Assembly: GCA_003280965.1 (NCBI GenBank) | Contig: QCDI01000004.1 | Span: forward strand, 1-64,000 | Direction: 5' to 3' | Origin: Prochlorococcus sp. AG-355-B18 | GTDB taxonomy: Bacteria; Cyanobacteriota; Cyanobacteriia; PCC-6307; Cyanobiaceae | DNA length: 64,000 nt | Shown here: positions 18,707-30,608 of the stretch, piece after piece | Numbering within the stretch: the stretch's first letter is position 1 | Layout: the number at the start of each line of letters is the position of its first letter | Made by a program: the position numbers and the translations under genes | Notes under the pieces: model-generated | Told to the model about the DNA's origin: nothing | The model's database searches: none | What the model saw: the letters and a program-made list of their open reading frames with translations, nothing else

Positions 18707-18915
18707 AGTGTATCGTCTATGAAATTAGAGTCTAATTTGTTAGTATAGGCTTCGTAAGGTAGCATCATTACTTCTACACAATCTATATCATTGACAATCC
18801 ATTCTCTATATTCTGCTAACAAACTTTTTCTATCTTTATTATCTAATTCATAAATACGCAATGCAGTATCTTTAATATTTTCTTTAATTAAATTTTCAAT
18901 TTCTGTCTTTCTCAT
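18703..18915 (-). CDS. Small hypothetical protein (70 aa)
   Basis: ORF immediately downstream of the resolvase-like gene on the same strand. Confidence 0.7.
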   Translation of the reverse strand: MRKTEIENLIKENIKDTALRIYELDNKDRKSLLAEYREWIVNDIDCVEVMMLPYEAYTNKLDSNFIDDTL

Positions 18916-18916
18916 T

Positions 18917-19540
18917 TTAAGTTAATTCTCCTTCCAAAATCACTCTTCTTATTGTTGACAATGCAATTCCTGTTTGTGATCTGATTGATCTATATGAATA
19001 TCCCTCATTACGCAATCTGATTACTAAAGATTCTTTTAAATGACTGATTTTAGGCCTTCCTCCCAGATTATTTCCAGATAATTTTCTGCGTAAAAGTTGT
19101 TCCCTTTTTCTTTCACCTAAACTTTTGTCTTCTAGATTATCTAATTCATATAAAATCTTAAAAATTGAAGAATTCTCTTCGGGGGATTCATTAGCCGCAA
19201 AAAAACCAGTTAAAGTTCGCAATTTAATATCATTATTAATAAGTTTATTTATTGTTATCAAACATTCTTTTTTATTTTTAAATGCTCGATCAAGCTGAGT
19301 TATTACTAATTGATCACCTTCAGTTAAGTAATTTATAGCTTTATCGAGTTGGGGTTTGACTTCTGCATCTAAACTTATAAATTCAGAGAAAACTAAACTG
19401 CAACCCTCTTCCTTTAAATTTTTTATTTGCTCTTCTAAATTTTTAAATTCATTATTAGTAGCTCTAGCATAACCTATTGCTTTAGAGCTTTTATTTTTTT
19501 CAGATAGTAAAATACGTTTTCTTTTGAATTTAAAAGTCAA
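18917..19540 (-). CDS. Serine recombinase (resolvase)-family protein with degenerate catalytic motif
   Basis: IGYARAT, VITQLDRAFK, GGRP plus C-terminal HTH. Confidence 0.88.
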   Translation of the reverse strand: MTFKFKRKRILLSEKNKSSKAIGYARATNNEFKNLEEQIKNLKEEGCSLVFSEFISLDAEVKPQLDKAINYLTEGDQLVITQLDRAFKNKKECLITINKLINNDIKLRTLTGFFAANESPEENSSIFKILYELDNLEDKSLGERKREQLLRRKLSGNNLGGRPKISHLKESLVIRLRNEGYSYRSIRSQTGIALSTIRRVILEGELT

Positions 19541-19881
19541 TGTTTTATTACATATATTTTTTACTGTACCAATTAATGAGTAAAAAACACTTTTTAGTAC
19601 AAAAAATGTAAACTATATCTCCATAAACTAGTTTTTTTTGTAACAGAACAGTACTGATTACTGTATTAAAAATTACGTTCTAAATTCTGTTCTATTTTAC
19701 GTTGATGAAACAAAAATATAGTGTAATTATTAATTTGAATTAAGGATCTTTCAAATTGTCGATGGATTAATTAAATTCATTTATTTTTTGACCTTCATTG
19801 AGTAGTCTTCATTTTTGAAATTATTAATAGTTAATTCAAAATGTTTTTATTAAAATAAAAATACAGGATAGAAAAATTAAT

Positions 19882-20775
19882 TTGACTAATAATTCCAATA
19901 GTTTAATATCAAAACCTGATTGGTTAAGAGTAAAAGCTCCGCAAGTTGAGAGAATTGGGAATACTGCAAATTTGTTAAATGATTTAAATCTCAATACTGT
20001 ATGTCAAGAGGCAAGTTGTCCAAATATTGGTGAATGTTTTGCAAGTGGAACTGCCACATTCCTCATAATGGGTCCCGGCTGCACTAGGGCATGTCCATAT
20101 TGCGATATTGATTTTGATAGATCTAAAAGAGAATTAGATCCAACAGAACCATATCGTTTAGCCGAAGCTGTTTTTAGAATGCAACTTAAACATGTTGTAA
20201 TCACTTCAGTTAATAGAGACGATCTTGAGGATGGTGGCGCATCTCAATTTTTTGAATGTGTTTCTCAAGTAAGAAAAAAATCTCCTGAAACTACTATCGA
20301 GCTTTTAATACCTGATCTTTGTGGCAACTGGAAAGCGCTTGAAAAAGTTCTTGATTCAAATCCAAACGTTTTAAACCATAATATTGAGACTGTGTCTTCG
20401 CTATATAAAAAAGTAAGACCTCAGGGTAAATATGAGAGAACTCTTGAATTGCTTAATAGGACCAGAGAATATTCTCCTAAAGTTTATACAAAATCAGGCT
20501 TTATGCTTGGTTTAGGGGAAAAAGAAGAGGAGGTCTTAAGTCTTCTTAAGGATTTAAAAAGTAATTTCGTTGATATTGTTACTATTGGCCAATACTTATC
20601 TCCTGGCCCTAATCATTTACCTGTTCAAAGATTTGTGAGTCCCTCAAAATTTAATTATTATAAAGTTTTTGGGGAAGAAGATTTGGAATTTATGCAAGTA
20701 GTTAGTTCTCCTTTAACTCGTAGCAGTTATCATGCTGAAGAAATTCAAAAACTTATGAAAAAGTATCCAAGATAG
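19882..20775 (+). CDS. lipA: Lipoyl synthase
   Basis: [12 protein letters not shown] and CTRACPYC motifs, RSSYHA. Confidence 0.97.
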   Translation: MTNNSNSLISKPDWLRVKAPQVERIGNTANLLNDLNLNTVCQEASCPNIGECFASGTATFLIMGPGCTRACPYCDIDFDRSKRELDPTEPYRLAEAVFRMQLKHVVITSVNRDDLEDGGASQFFECVSQVRKKSPETTIELLIPDLCGNWKALEKVLDSNPNVLNHNIETVSSLYKKVRPQGKYERTLELLNRTREYSPKVYTKSGFMLGLGEKEEEVLSLLKDLKSNFVDIVTIGQYLSPGPNHLPVQRFVSPSKFNYYKVFGEEDLEFMQVVSSPLTRSSYHAEEIQKLMKKYPR

Positions 20776-21075
20776 TCATTTTGATTTATTTGAATCTACC
20801 CACTCATTTAATTTCCACTCAACTAGATCATTTTTAATCATTGGATCATTCTTTATGATATTAAGTGCATTTTTATAATTATTCATCTCAAGAATGAGTA
20901 ATCCGCCGTCACCTGGCCTCTTTAACTCATCTACTAAAAAACCACTTTTAATATTAATTCCTTCTTTTTTTAATTTTTTTATCCAATCAATATGTTCATT
21001 GATTATTTTTTGTTTTAAATCATGATTAATTAAGTATTCTTTTTTTATAATTTCAGTTTTTACAAAGAAAGGCAT
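20776..21075 (-). CDS. YciI-family protein
   Basis: H..W, GDGGLLI, DPM motifs. Confidence 0.8.
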   Translation of the reverse strand: MPFFVKTEIIKKEYLINHDLKQKIINEHIDWIKKLKKEGINIKSGFLVDELKRPGDGGLLILEMNNYKNALNIIKNDPMIKNDLVEWKLNEWVDSNKSK

Positions 21076-24000
21076 TTACATTTTCTTTATGCCAAGCATC
21101 TCTTCTTCGCTTGGGGGAACTATTAATTTAAAAGTACTCTTGTAATAAGACCAATTTTCAATTATTTTGGCGGCCTTTAAGCTATTTGTTTTTGCTCGAT
21201 ATTCTCTAATAATTTCCAATAAGATATCTTCCTGCTTTGATGTTGTTATTTTATGAATGCTAACTATTTCTTTATTAACTTTTTTACTCAAATCATTATT
21301 CTCATCGATTATAAAAGCTATTCCACCAGTCATGCCTGCACCAATATTCCTTCCTGTAGAACCTAGAATTACTACTTTCCCACCAGTCATGTATTCACAA
21401 CAATGATCACCTGCTCCTTCTGTTACAGCTGTAGCACCACTATTTCTTACTGCAAATCTTTCGCCCGATTTTCCTAGTGAAAATAATTTCCCACCTGTTG
21501 CTCCGTAAAGACAGGTGTTTCCTAAAATAACTTGTTCGGAGGAAGTTTTATCTATTTTTGGTGGAATTATTGTAAGTATTCCTCCATTCATTCCTTTACA
21601 AACATAATCATTAGCTTCTCCGATTAATTGAACATTCATTCCCTTCAATAAAAAGGCACCAAAGCTTTGTCCTGCATATCCTTTGAAATTTAAGTTGAGT
21701 TCGCCATTGAAGCCAGTGTTTCCGTGAAGTTCTGCGATTTCGCCTGATATTTTCGCACAAACACTTCTATCTGTATTTTTTATCTCAATTTCTTTGGTTA
21801 ATATTTTGTGATTTTTAATTGAATCTATAAATTCAGTATCAGACAAAAACTCGTCTTCTAATACAGAACCATTACTGTGAGCATTCTTTGAATGTTTTAA
21901 CCATGATCTATCTTTGGTTGAGTGTTTATTTACTAAAGAAGAGAGATCAATATTAGACGTTTTTGGAAGATCGATATTTCTTGCTGAAAGAAATTCTTGA
22001 TTACCAATCAGTTCTTCCATATTAGAAACTCCGATACTACTCATTATTTGTCTTACTTCTTCAGCAATATATAAGAAAAAATTGACAACATTTTCTGGAA
22101 TACCTTTAAATCTTTTTCTTAATTCTTCTTTTTGAGTGGCAACTCCAACAGGACACTTGTTTGTATGACAAACCCGAGCCATTATGCATCCTTCAGCAAT
22201 CATCGCTACAGAACCAAAACCGTATTCTTCAGCACCTAGCAAAGCTGCAATAACCACATCCCAACCTGTTTTAAGACCTCCATCAGTTCTCAAAATTACT
22301 CTTTCACGTAAGTTATTCTCTAGGAGAGATTTATGAACCTCAGCAACACCGAGTTCCCATGGTAAACCTGCATGTTTAATAGAACTCAGGGGTGAAGCAC
22401 CTGTACCTCCATCATGGCCTGATATTTGAATTACATCTGCATTAGCTTTGCTTACTCCAGCAGCAATAGTACCTATACCAATTTCAGAAACAAGTTTAAC
22501 GCTTACTTTCGCTTTTGGATGAACTTGGTGTAAGTCATGGATAAGTTGAGCTAAATCTTCAATTGAATAAATATCATGATGCGGTGGAGGAGATATTAAT
22601 GCTACTCCAGGTTTACTATTTCTTAGTTTTGCGATGTAAGAATCAACTTTTGGACCAGGCAACTGCCCCCCTTCTCCGGGTTTTGCACCTTGAGCCATTT
22701 TAATTTCGAGTTGTTTACCACTTCTTAGATATTCAGGTGTAACTCCAAATCTTCCTGATGCTATTTGTTTAATTGCTGAGCATGCGGTGTCTCCATTCTC
22801 AAGACCTTTAATAAATGGTAACGTCGCTGATTGAGAATTTTCATCGATATCATTTAAAACATTAAAACGAGCTGGATCTTCTCCCCCTTCTCCACTATTA
22901 CTTTTTCCACCAATTCTATTCATGGCAACTGCTAAAACTTCATGTGCTTCTCTGGATAAGGCGCCTAAACTCATTCCTCCAGTACAGAACCTTTTGCAAA
23001 TTGATTCAACACTTTCAACTTCCTCTAATGGGATACTTTTTCTTTGTGAATTTATTGTTAGTAAATCTCTTAGAGATGTTGTCGGTCTATTACTAATAAG
23101 TTTTTTGTAAGTTTCAAAATGATCGTACCCTGGTCCTTGTTTTACCGCTGAATGTAAAACTTTGGACATTTCAGGATTATTAGAGTGATATTCTCCATTA
23201 TTTCTAAATTGTACAAATCCTAAAAATTCTAATTTCTTTAAATCTATCTCTGGATAGGCTTTCGTATGTATTGAAAGTGTTTCATTAGTTAATTCATTTA
23301 ATGTTATGCCAGCGATACGGCTTGTTGTACCATCAAAAGCAATTTTTATTAAGTCAGATCCAAGGCCTACAGCTTCAAAAATTTGTGCACCATGGTAACT
23401 AGATAAAAGTGAGATGCCTATTTTCGAGAGAATTTTTCTTAGACCGTCTTCTAGAGCTTTTTTAATATTTTCTTGAACATCAATTATTGATAATGGATTT
23501 ATTTTTTTGCTATCAATTAGTTTTTGTGTTTTTGGATGTTTTAACCAGTGTCTACCTGCTTCGAAGGTCAGCCAAGGGGAAACCGCGCTCGCACCATAAC
23601 CAATCAAACAAGCCAGGTGATGTGTGCTCCAACATTGACCTGTCTCAATAATTAGAGAAGCTTTTAGCCTGATTTCTTTTTTAAGAAGGTAATGATGAAT
23701 TGCTCCAACAGCAAGTAAAGGAGGAATAAAAGTCTTTGTAGGATTAATACCCTTATCAGAAATAATAATTAAAGAGCAACCTTCTTTTATGGAGAGCTCA
23801 CTCTGTTTACAAATTGCTTTTAATTTGTTCTCTAAGCCCTGAACGCCTTCCTCAATATCAAACAAACTTGAAATTGTTTGAGATTTAATTTTTGATTGTT
23901 TAATGGAAATGAGTTCTTCCTCATTGAGAATTGGACTTTGTAAATGAACAAAAGGTTTAGGATCTTTAATCTCAAATGGTGTGCATCTTTCTCCAAGATG

Positions 24001-25647
24001 CATCTCTAAACTCATTACAAGTTTTTCTCTTAAAGGATCAATAGGAGGATTTGTAACTTGTGCAAATCTTTGCTTGAAATAGTCATATAAAATATGTGGC
24101 TTTGAAGAAAGCACTGCTAATGGGATATCGTCCCCCATGCAATAAGTAGGTTCTTTAGCTAATGAAGCCATTGAATCTAAAATAAGATCATTATCTTCCG
24201 CTGAAAAACCGTACGCTGTTTGTTGTTGTAATAGCTCAAGGTCTCTTAGCTTGCAGTCTTTAAACCATTCACTATTATCAATTTTGATAGTTCTATTACT
24301 TAGGAGGTTTTTGTAATTATGCCTTTGCGCGGCTTCAGATTTTACCTCCCAATTTCTGAGGATTCTATTTTGATGAAAATCAACCGCCAACATTTGTCCA
24401 GGTCCTAATCTACCTTTTTCAATTACTCTTTCCTCTTCAAGATCTACTACTCCTGTTTCGGAACCCATTATTACGAAACCATCATTTGTTATTGAATATC
24501 TTGCTGGTCTAAGACCATTTCTATCAAGTGTTGCTCCAACAAAATTACCATCTGCAAATACAAGGAGAGCAGGTCCATCCCAAGCTTCTTGTATGCTCGC
24601 AGAATACTCATAAAATGCTTTTATATCTTCTCTTTTTTCGAGTTCTGGTTGATCTCTAAATGCTTCAGGAACAAGTTTTAATAATGAGTCAGTGATGGGC
24701 TGACCTGAACGAATATTAATTTCAAGAGTTGCATCAAGATTTGATGAATCACTTTTATTTACATCTACAATCGGCTTAATTTCATTAGATAAATCTCCCC
24801 AAAAGTCATCTATGTGAGTTTCTGAAGCTTTAGCCCAGTTGATATTACCTAAGAGAGTATTTATTTCGCCGTTGTGACCTAAAAATCTCATGGGCTGAGC
24901 TAGTGGCCATTTTGGAAGTGTATTAGTACTAAACCTCCTATGGTAAACAGAAAATGAGACTTTAAAACTATCTTCTTTTAGGTCTTGATAAAACTCAGAT
25001 AATATTTCTGAACGAACCATACCTTTGTACACAACAGTTTGAGAACTTAGTGAGGCAAAATAAAATTCACAATCCCCTACGTGGTTTTTTAAAGTTTCCC
25101 TTATTTTTTTTTCAATTCTTTTTCTTAATTGGAATAAAAGCCTTTCAATATCCTGATTGTCTTTTTTATCTATATTTAGAATCCACTGGCTTATGAATGG
25201 AGCATTTGCTTTAGCTAAAGGACCTAATATCTCATTATTAACAGGTACTGTTCTCCAAGATGTGCTGTAGATTTTTAATTTTTCTGCTTCCTGATCACAT
25301 ATTGATTTACATTTTTCAATTTTCTCCTTTTTATTAGGCATAAAAATCATGCCTAAACCTCTATTAAAATCTTTTTCATATTTTAGATTCATTTTTTCAT
25401 CTAAGTATTTCCATGGAATTGAACATAATATGCCTGCTCCATCCCCTGAATCACTATCTCCTCCGCAACCTCCTCTATGCTCCATACAGTTAAGTCCTTT
25501 CAGGGATTGTTTAAGGATCCAGTTGCTTTCTATTCCTTTAATATTTGCTATAAATCCAACTCCACACGCATCCTTTTCACCGATTATTCCATTTTGGGAA
25601 TAACTATCTTGATATGTTCCAACGATTCTTTTGATACTCTCTCCCAT
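21076..25647 (-). CDS. glsF: Ferredoxin-dependent glutamate synthase (Fd-GOGAT)
   Basis: ACGVGF, HRRFSTNT, QGAKPGEGGQLPG, CIMARVCHTNKCPVG. Confidence 0.97.
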   Translation of the reverse strand: MGESIKRIVGTYQDSYSQNGIIGEKDACGVGFIANIKGIESNWILKQSLKGLNCMEHRGGCGGDSDSGDGAGILCSIPWKYLDEKMNLKYEKDFNRGLGMIFMPNKKEKIEKCKSICDQEAEKLKIYSTSWRTVPVNNEILGPLAKANAPFISQWILNIDKKDNQDIERLLFQLRKRIEKKIRETLKNHVGDCEFYFASLSSQTVVYKGMVRSEILSEFYQDLKEDSFKVSFSVYHRRFSTNTLPKWPLAQPMRFLGHNGEINTLLGNINWAKASETHIDDFWGDLSNEIKPIVDVNKSDSSNLDATLEINIRSGQPITDSLLKLVPEAFRDQPELEKREDIKAFYEYSASIQEAWDGPALLVFADGNFVGATLDRNGLRPARYSITNDGFVIMGSETGVVDLEEERVIEKGRLGPGQMLAVDFHQNRILRNWEVKSEAAQRHNYKNLLSNRTIKIDNSEWFKDCKLRDLELLQQQTAYGFSAEDNDLILDSMASLAKEPTYCMGDDIPLAVLSSKPHILYDYFKQRFAQVTNPPIDPLREKLVMSLEMHLGERCTPFEIKDPKPFVHLQSPILNEEELISIKQSKIKSQTISSLFDIEEGVQGLENKLKAICKQSELSIKEGCSLIIISDKGINPTKTFIPPLLAVGAIHHYLLKKEIRLKASLIIETGQCWSTHHLACLIGYGASAVSPWLTFEAGRHWLKHPKTQKLIDSKKINPLSIIDVQENIKKALEDGLRKILSKIGISLLSSYHGAQIFEAVGLGSDLIKIAFDGTTSRIAGITLNELTNETLSIHTKAYPEIDLKKLEFLGFVQFRNNGEYHSNNPEMSKVLHSAVKQGPGYDHFETYKKLISNRPTTSLRDLLTINSQRKSIPLEEVESVESICKRFCTGGMSLGALSREAHEVLAVAMNRIGGKSNSGEGGEDPARFNVLNDIDENSQSATLPFIKGLENGDTACSAIKQIASGRFGVTPEYLRSGKQLEIKMAQGAKPGEGGQLPGPKVDSYIAKLRNSKPGVALISPPPHHDIYSIEDLAQLIHDLHQVHPKAKVSVKLVSEIGIGTIAAGVSKANADVIQISGHDGGTGASPLSSIKHAGLPWELGVAEVHKSLLENNLRERVILRTDGGLKTGWDVVIAALLGAEEYGFGSVAMIAEGCIMARVCHTNKCPVGVATQKEELRKRFKGIPENVVNFFLYIAEEVRQIMSSIGVSNMEELIGNQEFLSARNIDLPKTSNIDLSSLVNKHSTKDRSWLKHSKNAHSNGSVLEDEFLSDTEFIDSIKNHKILTKEIEIKNTDRSVCAKISGEIAELHGNTGFNGELNLNFKGYAGQSFGAFLLKGMNVQLIGEANDYVCKGMNGGILTIIPPKIDKTSSEQVILGNTCLYGATGGKLFSLGKSGERFAVRNSGATAVTEGAGDHCCEYMTGGKVVILGSTGRNIGAGMTGGIAFIIDENNDLSKKVNKEIVSIHKITTSKQEDILLEIIREYRAKTNSLKAAKIIENWSYYKSTFKLIVPPSEEEMLGIKKM

Positions 25648-25841
25648 AGATTATTTAATTTTATTTAGTTATTTATGTATTCCTATTATAAAAATAAATT
25701 TGAAAATAAATCTAAAAATAATGAATATTTACCAAAGAATTTTCATTTCACAAATTTTAAAAAAAATATCATCAAAAACTTTAGTTGGTGCTCGTTAAAG
25801 GTTATGATGTTTAAATGTTTATTTTTATCTAAATATATTAG

Positions 25842-26216
25842 ATGCCTACCATCTCACAATTAATAGGTTCAGAAAGGAAACGTCTGACTAGAAAAACAAA
25901 ATCTCCTGCATTAAAAGCTTGTCCTGAAAGAAGAGGGGTATGTACAAGAGTTTATACATCAACACCAAAAAAACCTAATTCAGCTCTAAGAAAAGTTGCA
26001 AGGGTGAGATTAACCTCTGGTTTCGAAGTAACAGCTTATATTCCAGGTATTGGACATAACTTGCAAGAACATTCTGTAGTACTTCTTAGGGGTGGAAGAG
26101 TTAAGGATTTACCAGGAGTTAGATATCATATAATAAGAGGAACTTTAGATACGGCTGGAGTCAAAGATAGACGTCAATCGAGATCTAAGTATGGAGCCAA
26201 AGCTCCAAAAGATTAA
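25842..26216 (+). CDS. rpsL: 30S ribosomal protein S12
   Basis: [18 protein letters not shown]. Confidence 0.99.
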   Translation: MPTISQLIGSERKRLTRKTKSPALKACPERRGVCTRVYTSTPKKPNSALRKVARVRLTSGFEVTAYIPGIGHNLQEHSVVLLRGGRVKDLPGVRYHIIRGTLDTAGVKDRRQSRSKYGAKAPKD

Positions 26217-26241
26217 TTTGTAAACAGTACTTTTTAAAAAC

Positions 26242-26712
26242 ATGTCACGTCGTAATGCAGCAGTAAAAAGACCAGTTCTTCCAGATCCCCAGTTTAATAG
26301 TCGTCTAGCATCAATGATGATCTCAAGATTGATGAAGCACGGTAAAAAATCTACAGCTCAAAGAATTTTGTCTGATGCTTTTTCTTTAATAAGTGAGAGA
26401 ACTGGCGGGAATGCAGTCGAATTATTTGAAACAGCTGTGAAAAATGCTACTCCTCTTGTTGAAGTTAGAGCTAGAAGAGTTGGCGGTGCCACATATCAAG
26501 TTCCTATGGAAGTTCGTCAGGAAAGGGGAACAGCTATGGCTTTAAGATGGCTTGTCACATTCTCACGTGCAAGAAATGGCAAGAGTATGTCCCAAAAACT
26601 TGCTGGCGAATTGATGGATGCTGCTAATGAAACTGGTAGTGCGGTTAAAAAAAGAGAAGATACTCACAAAATGGCTGAAGCTAATAAAGCTTTTGCACAT
26701 TACAGATATTAA
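26242..26712 (+). CDS. rpsG: 30S ribosomal protein S7
   Basis: [22 protein letters not shown]. Confidence 0.99.
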   Translation: MSRRNAAVKRPVLPDPQFNSRLASMMISRLMKHGKKSTAQRILSDAFSLISERTGGNAVELFETAVKNATPLVEVRARRVGGATYQVPMEVRQERGTAMALRWLVTFSRARNGKSMSQKLAGELMDAANETGSAVKKREDTHKMAEANKAFAHYRY

Positions 26713-26809
26713 TTTCGTCAAAAAGGTACTTAAGTAGTTTATTATGTTAAGAGTTTACTTTTAGGGTGAACTATATTTTTCAAAAATCATTTTATTTGGA
26801 GCTTTAAAA

Positions 26810-28885
26810 TTGGCACGCGACTTTCCCCTAGAACGAGTAAGGAACATAGGTATAGCCGCTCATATTGATGCAGGGAAGACAACTACAACAGAGAGAATCT
26901 TGTTTTATTCAGGTGTAGTCCACAAGATAGGAGAGGTTCATGATGGTGCCGCAGTAACAGATTGGATGGCTCAAGAAAGAGAAAGAGGAATTACTATTAC
27001 TGCTGCAGCAATATCTACAAGTTGGCAAGATCATAGAATTAATATTATTGACACTCCTGGACACGTTGACTTCACTATTGAAGTAGAAAGATCAATGAGA
27101 GTTTTGGATGGTGTAATAGCAGTATTTTGCGCTGTTGGTGGAGTTCAGCCTCAATCTGAAACAGTTTGGCGTCAAGCTGATAGATACTCTGTGCCTAGAA
27201 TGGTTTTTGTAAATAAAATGGACAGAACTGGCGCAGATTTCTTAAAAGTTAATAAGCAGATTAAAGATCGGCTAAAGGCAAATGCACTTCCTATTCAGCT
27301 ACCAATTGGAGCTGAAGGAGATCTTACAGGCATCATTGATTTAGTTGCTAACAAAGCTTATCTTTATAAAAATGACTTAGGTACAGATATTGAAGAAGCA
27401 CCAATTCCATCTGAAATGAAGGAAGAGGCTGCTGAGTGGAGAAATAAGTTGATGGAGAGTGTTGCAGAAAATGATGAAGAATTAATTGAAATATTCCTTG
27501 ATACAGGAGAATTATCTGAAGAACAACTTAAAAAGGGTATTAGGGAAGGGGTTTTAAAACATGGATTAGTTCCAGTACTTTGTGGCTCAGCTTTTAAGAA
27601 TAAAGGCGTCCAACTTGTACTAGACGCTGTAGTTGATTACTTACCAGCTCCTGTTGATGTGAAACCAATACAAGGCGTTTTACCAAGTGGTAAAGAAGAT
27701 GTGAGACCTTCGGATGATAATGCTCCATTTAGCGCATTAGCTTTCAAAGTGATGTCAGATCCATATGGCAAATTAACATTTGTGAGGATGTATTCAGGCG
27801 TTCTTTCGAAGGGAAGTTACGTTATGAACTCTACTAAGGATTCTAAAGAAAGAATTTCTAGATTAGTAATCCTTAAGGCTGATGAAAGAGAGGAGGTTGA
27901 TGAATTGAGGGCTGGGGATTTAGGTGCTGTATTAGGTCTAAAGAACACAACTACTGGTGACACCTTGTGTACTACAGAAGATCCTATAGTTTTAGAGACA
28001 TTATTTATCCCTGAACCTGTTATTTCAGTGGCCGTTGAGCCAAAAACTAAAGGGGATATGGAAAAATTATCAAAAGCTTTAACTGCTTTGTCTGAAGAGG
28101 ATCCAACATTTAGGGTTAGTACAGATCCTGAGACAAATCAAACTGTAATTGCAGGTATGGGTGAGCTGCACTTGGAAATTCTTGTAGACAGAATGTTAAG
28201 AGAATTTAAAGTTGAAGCCAATATTGGAGCTCCTCAGGTTTCATACAGAGAGACCATTAGGTCTAGTTCTAAAGGTGAAGGTAAATATGCAAGACAGACT
28301 GGAGGAAAAGGTCAATATGGTCATGTAATAATTGAAATGGAACCTGCTGAAGTTGGTAAAGGTTTTGAATTCGTCAACAAAATTGTAGGCGGAGCTGTAC
28401 CAAAAGAGTACATTGGTCCAGCATCTAATGGAATGAAAGAAACCTGTGAGTCTGGTGTTCTTGCAGGTTATCCACTCATTGATGTAAAAGTAACACTAGT
28501 CGATGGTTCATTCCACGATGTAGACTCATCTGAAATGGCCTTCAAAATTGCAGGTTCAATGGCTTTTAAAGATGGGGTTAAAAAATGCAATCCTGTTCTA
28601 TTAGAGCCTATGATGAAAGTTGAGGTCGAAAGTCCTGACGACTTTCTTGGATCTGTAATTGGTGATCTCTCTTCCAGAAGAGGTCAAGTAGAAGGACAAT
28701 CTGTTGATGATGGATTGTCTAAGGTACAGGCCAAAGTGCCCTTAGCCGAAATGTTCGGTTATGCCACTCAACTCCGATCGATGACTCAAGGTCGGGGTAT
28801 ATTTTCAATGGAGTTCGCAAATTATGAGGAAGTTCCTCGTAATGTTGCTGAAGCTATCATTTCCAAGAATCAGGGCAACTCCTGA
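26810..28885 (+). CDS. fusA: Elongation factor G
   Basis: [14 protein letters not shown]; str operon position. Confidence 0.99.
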   Translation: MARDFPLERVRNIGIAAHIDAGKTTTTERILFYSGVVHKIGEVHDGAAVTDWMAQERERGITITAAAISTSWQDHRINIIDTPGHVDFTIEVERSMRVLDGVIAVFCAVGGVQPQSETVWRQADRYSVPRMVFVNKMDRTGADFLKVNKQIKDRLKANALPIQLPIGAEGDLTGIIDLVANKAYLYKNDLGTDIEEAPIPSEMKEEAAEWRNKLMESVAENDEELIEIFLDTGELSEEQLKKGIREGVLKHGLVPVLCGSAFKNKGVQLVLDAVVDYLPAPVDVKPIQGVLPSGKEDVRPSDDNAPFSALAFKVMSDPYGKLTFVRMYSGVLSKGSYVMNSTKDSKERISRLVILKADEREEVDELRAGDLGAVLGLKNTTTGDTLCTTEDPIVLETLFIPEPVISVAVEPKTKGDMEKLSKALTALSEEDPTFRVSTDPETNQTVIAGMGELHLEILVDRMLREFKVEANIGAPQVSYRETIRSSSKGEGKYARQTGGKGQYGHVIIEMEPAEVGKGFEFVNKIVGGAVPKEYIGPASNGMKETCESGVLAGYPLIDVKVTLVDGSFHDVDSSEMAFKIAGSMAFKDGVKKCNPVLLEPMMKVEVESPDDFLGSVIGDLSSRRGQVEGQSVDDGLSKVQAKVPLAEMFGYATQLRSMTQGRGIFSMEFANYEEVPRNVAEAIISKNQGNS

Positions 28886-28930
28886 TCTCTAAACTAAAAC
28901 ACTCTTAAACCCTCGATTCTTTAATTCAAA

Positions 28931-30130
28931 ATGGCTCGCCAGAAGTTCGAAAGGAACAAACCACATGTCAACATAGGTACAATTGGCCATGTTGATCATG
29001 GAAAAACAACACTAACTGCTGCTATTACAAATGTATTAGCCAAAAAAGGTCAAGCACAAGCTCAAGACTATGGAGACATTGATGGTGCTCCTGAAGAAAG
29101 AGAGCGCGGCATTACTATTAATACTGCGCACGTAGAATATGAAACTGAAGGCAGACATTATGCTCATGTCGATTGCCCTGGACATGCTGATTACGTAAAA
29201 AACATGATTACAGGTGCCGCCCAAATGGACGGAGCTATTCTAGTTTGTGCAGCTACAGATGGTCCTATGGCTCAAACAAAAGAGCATATTCTTTTAGCTA
29301 AACAAGTTGGAGTCCCTGCCCTTGTAGTTGCTCTAAATAAGTGCGATATGGTAGATGATGAAGAAATTATTGAACTTGTTGAAATGGAAATTAGAGAACT
29401 GTTAGATAGTTATGATTTCCCTGGTGATGATATTCCTATAGTTCAAGTTTCTGGTTTAAAAGCTCTTGAAGGTGATTCAAATTGGGAATCAAAGATTGAA
29501 GAATTAATGAAAGCAGTCGATGCTAGTATTCCTGAACCAGAAAGAGAAGTTGATAAACCATTCTTGATGGCAGTTGAAGATGTTTTCTCAATTACTGGTA
29601 GAGGAACAGTTGCTACTGGAAGAATTGAGAGAGGTAAAGTTAAGGTAGGAGAAGAAGTTGAAATAGTTGGAATAAGAGACACAAGAGTAACAACAGTTAC
29701 TGGAGTTGAAATGTTCCGTAAACTTCTTGATGAAGGTATGGCTGGAGACAATGTTGGTTTACTTTTACGTGGAGTTCAAAAAGAGGATATTGAGAGAGGA
29801 ATGGTACTTGTTAAGAAAGGGTCCATTACTCCCCATACTCAATTTGAAGGCGAAGTTTATGTTCTAAAAAAAGAGGAGGGCGGCAGACATACTCCTTTCT
29901 TCGCAGGATATAGACCACAGTTTTACATAAGAACAACTGATGTAACAGGTCAAATAACAGCGTTTACGTCTGATGATGGTTCTAATGTTGAAATGGTAAT
30001 GCCAGGAGACAGAATCAAGATGACTGGAGAATTAATTTGTCCAGTAGCTATCGAACAAGGTATGCGATTTGCAATCCGTGAAGGTGGACGTACTATTGGT
30101 GCTGGTGTTGTTTCTAAAATTCTCAAATAA
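28931..30130 (+). CDS. tuf: Elongation factor Tu
   Basis: [23 protein letters not shown]. Confidence 0.99.
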   Translation: MARQKFERNKPHVNIGTIGHVDHGKTTLTAAITNVLAKKGQAQAQDYGDIDGAPEERERGITINTAHVEYETEGRHYAHVDCPGHADYVKNMITGAAQMDGAILVCAATDGPMAQTKEHILLAKQVGVPALVVALNKCDMVDDEEIIELVEMEIRELLDSYDFPGDDIPIVQVSGLKALEGDSNWESKIEELMKAVDASIPEPEREVDKPFLMAVEDVFSITGRGTVATGRIERGKVKVGEEVEIVGIRDTRVTTVTGVEMFRKLLDEGMAGDNVGLLLRGVQKEDIERGMVLVKKGSITPHTQFEGEVYVLKKEEGGRHTPFFAGYRPQFYIRTTDVTGQITAFTSDDGSNVEMVMPGDRIKMTGELICPVAIEQGMRFAIREGGRTIGAGVVSKILK

Positions 30131-30180
30131 TATATTTGAATTTTAAGAATTTAACCTTAATCATTTAATATAGGTAGATG

Positions 30181-30212
30181 GATAGGGGCTTTTGTTAATC
30201 AACGTCCCTATC
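30181..30212 (+). promoter_or_regulatory. Stem-loop between tuf and rpsJ
   Basis: gataggg...ccctatc inverted repeat. Function (terminator or stabiliser) not determinable. Confidence 0.45.
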
Positions 30213-30232
30213 ATTTAAATTAATTTTTAATT

Positions 30233-30553
30233 ATGACTGCATCAATTGCACAACAAAAAATAAGAATAAGACTAAAAGCTTTTGATAGAAGAATGCTTGA
30301 CTTATCTTGCGATAAAATAATCCAAACTGCTGATACTACTTCTGCCTCGGCAATAGGTCCAATACCTTTACCTACAAAAAGAAAAATCTATTGTGTTTTA
30401 AGGTCTCCACATGTTGATAAAGATTCTAGAGAGCATTTTGAGACGAGAACTCATCGAAGAATTATTGATATCTATAGTCCTTCTGCAAAAACAATTGATG
30501 CTTTAATGAAGTTGGATCTTCCAAGTGGTGTAGATATAGAAGTTAAACTGTAA
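30233..30553 (+). CDS. rpsJ: 30S ribosomal protein S10
   Basis: [23 protein letters not shown]. Confidence 0.99.
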   Translation: MTASIAQQKIRIRLKAFDRRMLDLSCDKIIQTADTTSASAIGPIPLPTKRKIYCVLRSPHVDKDSREHFETRTHRRIIDIYSPSAKTIDALMKLDLPSGVDIEVKL

Positions 30554-30608
30554 AAAATCCCGAAAAAGACATTAATTGTTTAAAATAAAGTATATCAATG
30601 AGGTTTAG

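Noticed and set aside
19663..19676. GTA-N8-TAC NtcA-like site between the resolvase-like gene and lipA
   Set aside because: No properly spaced -10 box on either strand, and the motif is frequent by chance in AT-rich DNA.
25675..25863. 62-aa ORF upstream of rpsL
   Set aside because: AT-rich divergent promoter region, low-complexity translation, overlaps rpsL out of frame.
28931..28945. EF-Tu N-terminus MARQKF rather than the usual MAREKF
   Set aside because: Single-base difference; cannot distinguish a variant from a sequencing error, and no evident consequence.
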